Positions 60,811 through 64,000 of a DNA stretch of 64,000 bases are shown here, one piece after another (positions within the stretch are counted from its first letter, which is position 1; each line of letters opens with the position of its first letter). Below the pieces are notes generated by a model. That model made no database searches. It was not told the DNA's origin and saw nothing but the letters and a program-made list of their open reading frames with translations. Made by a program: the position numbers and the translations under genes. The DNA is from an uncultured Parachlamydiaceae bacterium (GTDB lineage Bacteria; Chlamydiota; Chlamydiia; Chlamydiales; Parachlamydiaceae): contig CAVULX010000004.1 of the NCBI GenBank assembly GCA_963742415.1, forward strand, positions 1,272,766-1,336,765, written 5' to 3'.

Positions 60811-62358
60811 TTACCCTTTTTTCTTTTTTTGCGCCTTTGCGGCACCCTTTCTCAATAAATAGCTTTCTTTATTTTTGGAAAGTCGGACGAGCTCATCATT
60901 ACTTTTACCTTTAAATCTGCTCGCTAAGATCTTTTTTGCCTGTTTTGATAAAGGCATAACCTCATCTTTATAACCGGGATCAATTAATTTTATTTTAGGG
61001 GAAAGCAAATAGTCGAGTATTATCCCTTTCTCTTTATAATCATCTGCTTTGTTAATAATATCTTTGAAAAAGTCTTTGACTACTTTTTCTTGAAATAATT
61101 TTTTAATCTGTTTCCCTTCAATTTTATTGGATTTTGGATAGGTAAGAAAATAGGTTGTTTGCGCTTTATTCAAACTGATGCCAATGCTTGTCCAAAATAT
61201 TTGATCTTCTAATTTTTTAATTTCTTCTTTTTTATAATGTGAATAAACCCCATGTTCCATATCAACTAGTGATTCATAAGCACACCGAAAGGCAAATCGA
61301 TCATCGAATTTTTCATAGGCTTCGATCCTATTTTTAAAAATTCGGGCGGAGTCTGAAAATTTGATCCGAGAGGCCAAGGGAATAGATCCAAAAATATAAC
61401 CATGATATCCATCATGCAGCTCCACTTCGTTCATCTTCAAATCGCAATCCCAAGAATCAGCCTTGGTCACCAACGGCAAATAAGCAAAATTCAAACAGAA
61501 TTCTCTTTCATTCGCAGGGATTTGGTTATCCAAAACAGACGAGGGGGAAATTAAAAAGCGGGAAATAAGGGTGGGAGCTAAATCTCCCCATTTTGCAATG
61601 ATCAAAGCTTGCGTGATACCTTTTGAAGGAATCATCCTCAAAGGGATCTCTCTTTCAGAGTCTGAAATCCTTGAAAGAGCGTTAAAACCTACTTGAGCGT
61701 TTATGATGACCGAAACAGTCGTTTTACTTGTCCCTTCCCTCCTTATAGGATTTGTTTCAGGATAAAGGAGAAATTGCCGGTCGATTGGAGGCAATTTTTT
61801 TGCCAATTCAAAAAAGGTATTTAGCTGGTCATCATTCAAATAAGGCTCTTCCTCCTCTTCTTCATTCTTAAACTCATGAGAAAATTGAGTCCCGGTAAAA
61901 GGTTGGCATGTCTCTTTAATCAATCTCCAAGCTTGGTCATTAATTGCATCCCCAGCAAATAACGGAATAATTTCAGTTTCTTCCCAAGGCTTTCTCCAAT
62001 TGATAGCATTCCCAAACAATTGACTTGTGGAAAAGGTCAGTCCATCTATCAGTCCCTTCTTTAATGCTAACAAAGCACTCAAAGGAAAAGCATTGTCTTT
62101 AAAAACCGGATCTGAGAGGACCCCTCGATGGATAGCATCCGCGGCGATTTCCACCTGCTGATCTGATATTCGCGTCATTTTTTCTTCAAGATTAATTCTT
62201 TGCGGCTCACTAAGATTAGCTATCAGGTCTTCATACTTTTCTAATCTCCTCCCTTCGAAATAAAACAATGGGGGAGGGAGATTGTTTTCTTTTGATAAAG
62301 GAGTAAATTGTGTATTTGATGGAGATAGATAGGGATTAATATAATAAGGAACTATCAT
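60811..62358 (-). CDS. Hypothetical protein, paralog of 58579-60225, with an HDGYH motif
   Basis: EVELHDGYHGY, DMEH, Lys-rich C-terminus. Confidence 0.8.
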   Translation of the reverse strand: MIVPYYINPYLSPSNTQFTPLSKENNLPPPLFYFEGRRLEKYEDLIANLSEPQRINLEEKMTRISDQQVEIAADAIHRGVLSDPVFKDNAFPLSALLALKKGLIDGLTFSTSQLFGNAINWRKPWEETEIIPLFAGDAINDQAWRLIKETCQPFTGTQFSHEFKNEEEEEEPYLNDDQLNTFFELAKKLPPIDRQFLLYPETNPIRREGTSKTTVSVIINAQVGFNALSRISDSEREIPLRMIPSKGITQALIIAKWGDLAPTLISRFLISPSSVLDNQIPANEREFCLNFAYLPLVTKADSWDCDLKMNEVELHDGYHGYIFGSIPLASRIKFSDSARIFKNRIEAYEKFDDRFAFRCAYESLVDMEHGVYSHYKKEEIKKLEDQIFWTSIGISLNKAQTTYFLTYPKSNKIEGKQIKKLFQEKVVKDFFKDIINKADDYKEKGIILDYLLSPKIKLIDPGYKDEVMPLSKQAKKILASRFKGKSNDELVRLSKNKESYLLRKGAAKAQKKKKG

Positions 62359-62519
62359 GAATTAACCTTAAGATTAAGTTAATTATTATTATTTTTATTC
62401 AATTGTATATTTTAATTATTTTTTTGTCAATTATTGTGTTTAATTTACAAATTAAAACTTAATTAAAATATTAACTAATGTAAGTTGAAAATTACTGAGT
62501 GTAATCAAGTTTAAAAAAC

Positions 62520-62586
62520 CTCTGTGTTCTCTGTGATCTCTGTGGTTTATTAAAATTCAACCACAGAGATCACAGAGAACACAGAG
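62520..62586. repeat. ACCACAGAG-type arms in outward-facing (right end-left end) orientation
   Basis: CTCTGTGTTCTCTGTGATCTCTGTGGTT-N11-AACCACAGAGATCACAGAGAACACAGAG, enclosed by TAATGTAAGTTG / CAACTTACGTTA. Confidence 0.8.
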
Positions 62587-62735
62587 AGACAATAAATTTT
62601 ATTATTTGCAACTTACGTTAACTAATGTAAGTTCTGAAAACGAGAACAGAAATTAAAAAAAAATTTATGGATTTTTTTGAAACAAAGAGTTTAGCCTGCA
62701 AATAGATACTTATATTTTCAAGAAAGAGGAAAGCT

Positions 62736-63836
62736 ATGAGAAAATTTGCATTCATCAAATTCATAATGCTGGTTTTTTTGGGAGTTCATTCATCATCCGA
62801 AGCCTGTACGGGACTCAAACTTTCTGCCAACAATGGCAACGCCGTGCATGGAAGAACTTTCGAGTTTGGAATTAACGTGGACACCTCCCTTGTTTTTGTT
62901 CCGCAAGGGTATGCGTTTACTTCTACAACTCCCATGGGAAAAGGATTAACTTATCAAGGAAAGTATGCTGTGGTAGGAACAATCTGCGCTAACGACCTGC
63001 TTGTCATGGATGGAATGAATGAAAAAGGTTTATCTGTAGGAACGTTTTATTTTCCAGGTTATGCCAGCTATACACCCACAACGTCTGAAAATCAAAATCG
63101 TTCCCTTGCCCCTGTCGATTTTCCGAATTGGATTGTCACCCAATTTGCCAGCCTCGATGAGGTGAAAGACAACCTTAAAAATGTGGTGATTGCTCCCACG
63201 GTAACACCTGTATGGGGAAATACACCTCCTCCCTTCCACTACATCGTCTATGATAAAGAAGGCAACAGCATCGTCATCGAGCCAATGGATGGCAAATTAA
63301 TGGTTCATGACAACCCCTTGGGGGTGCTTACTAATTCTCCCACTTTTGATTGGCATATGACTAATTTGCGCAATTATATCGACCTCAACCCAAAAAATGT
63401 TCAACCTGTTAATGTGGAGGGTATTGTCCTGGCTCCTTTTGGACAAGGATCGGGGATGGTGGGATTGCCGGGAGATTTTACTCCCCCTTCTAGATTTGTA
63501 CGGGCAGCAGTCTTCGCAACTACAGCAGTAAAGCCTGCAAATGCTCAAGAAGCCGTGTTTCAAGCATTTCACATCCTCAATCAATTCGATATCCCTAAAG
63601 GGGTTTCTAGGGCTATCGCTAAAGGGAAAACTTATGACGACTATACGTTAGCAACTGTAGTGCATGATCCTATTAACTTGATGTACTACATAAGGACCTT
63701 TGACGATCAAAACATCCGCAGCATTAGCCTCAATTCTTTTGATAAAGATACCCGCGAAATCCGCAAAATGTCTTCTTCAGGGCGTCAAACTTTTGTGGAT
63801 GTCTCAAATAAATTGAAACCCATGGCAAAGGGATAG
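62736..63836 (+). CDS. Choloylglycine hydrolase / penicillin V acylase family Ntn-hydrolase, exported
   Basis: Signal peptide ending SEA|CTG (nucleophilic Cys); GRTFEF, DGMNEKGL, LTNSP, LPGDFTPPSRF. Confidence 0.93.
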   Translation: MRKFAFIKFIMLVFLGVHSSSEACTGLKLSANNGNAVHGRTFEFGINVDTSLVFVPQGYAFTSTTPMGKGLTYQGKYAVVGTICANDLLVMDGMNEKGLSVGTFYFPGYASYTPTTSENQNRSLAPVDFPNWIVTQFASLDEVKDNLKNVVIAPTVTPVWGNTPPPFHYIVYDKEGNSIVIEPMDGKLMVHDNPLGVLTNSPTFDWHMTNLRNYIDLNPKNVQPVNVEGIVLAPFGQGSGMVGLPGDFTPPSRFVRAAVFATTAVKPANAQEAVFQAFHILNQFDIPKGVSRAIAKGKTYDDYTLATVVHDPINLMYYIRTFDDQNIRSISLNSFDKDTREIRKMSSSGRQTFVDVSNKLKPMAKG

Positions 63837-63850
63837 TTTTCATGGCCGAT

Positions 63851-63883
63851 TGCCGTTGCCCAAATCGGGCACGGGCAATGGCA
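63851..63883 (+). terminator. GC-rich hairpin after the hydrolase gene
   Basis: TGCCGTTGCCC-N11-GGGCAATGGCA; no clear U-tract. Confidence 0.4.
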
Positions 63884-64000
63884 GGGGCATGATTGGATAG
63901 GTAATCACACACAAAAAATATTTTCTAAAATGACCGAGCTCGAAATTCCCCTCGGATGTTCATAATTTTTTTTCATGAGTCATTAATTCTTCTTGACATT

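Noticed and set aside
201..63912. Numerous 60-170-aa ORFs overlapping well-supported genes
   Set aside because: Shadow ORFs on alternative frames or strands with no motifs.

Overview
Bacterial chromosomal window, most likely from an environmental Chlamydiota (Parachlamydiales-like) protist symbiont. This is inferred from a double-length UvrA, F-box and Inc-like proteins, and many AT-rich effector-like orphans. Core genes: ROK kinase, polar amino-acid ABC transporter, rsmE, pyk, uvrA (many frameshifts), dnaG, rlmI, a NUDIX hydrolase, hutHUIG, trpR, transporters and hydrolases. Main highlights: (1) a tandem array of six paralogous genes (8202-16451) encoding eukaryote-type GATA zinc fingers with NLS-like basic motifs and eh1-like (Groucho/Tup1-binding) motifs, candidate host-nucleus transcription-factor mimics; (2) an unannotated His6 leader peptide and hairpin upstream of the ABC transporter, a candidate histidine attenuator, in a window that also carries hut genes; (3) several nested inverted-repeat mini-elements, one still holding fragments of a GxxExxY nuclease gene, plus a frameshifted REP-associated Y1 transposase with related REP/REPIN copies. 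No rRNA, tRNA or CRISPR was recognised. All family assignments come from motif recognition by eye, not database searches.
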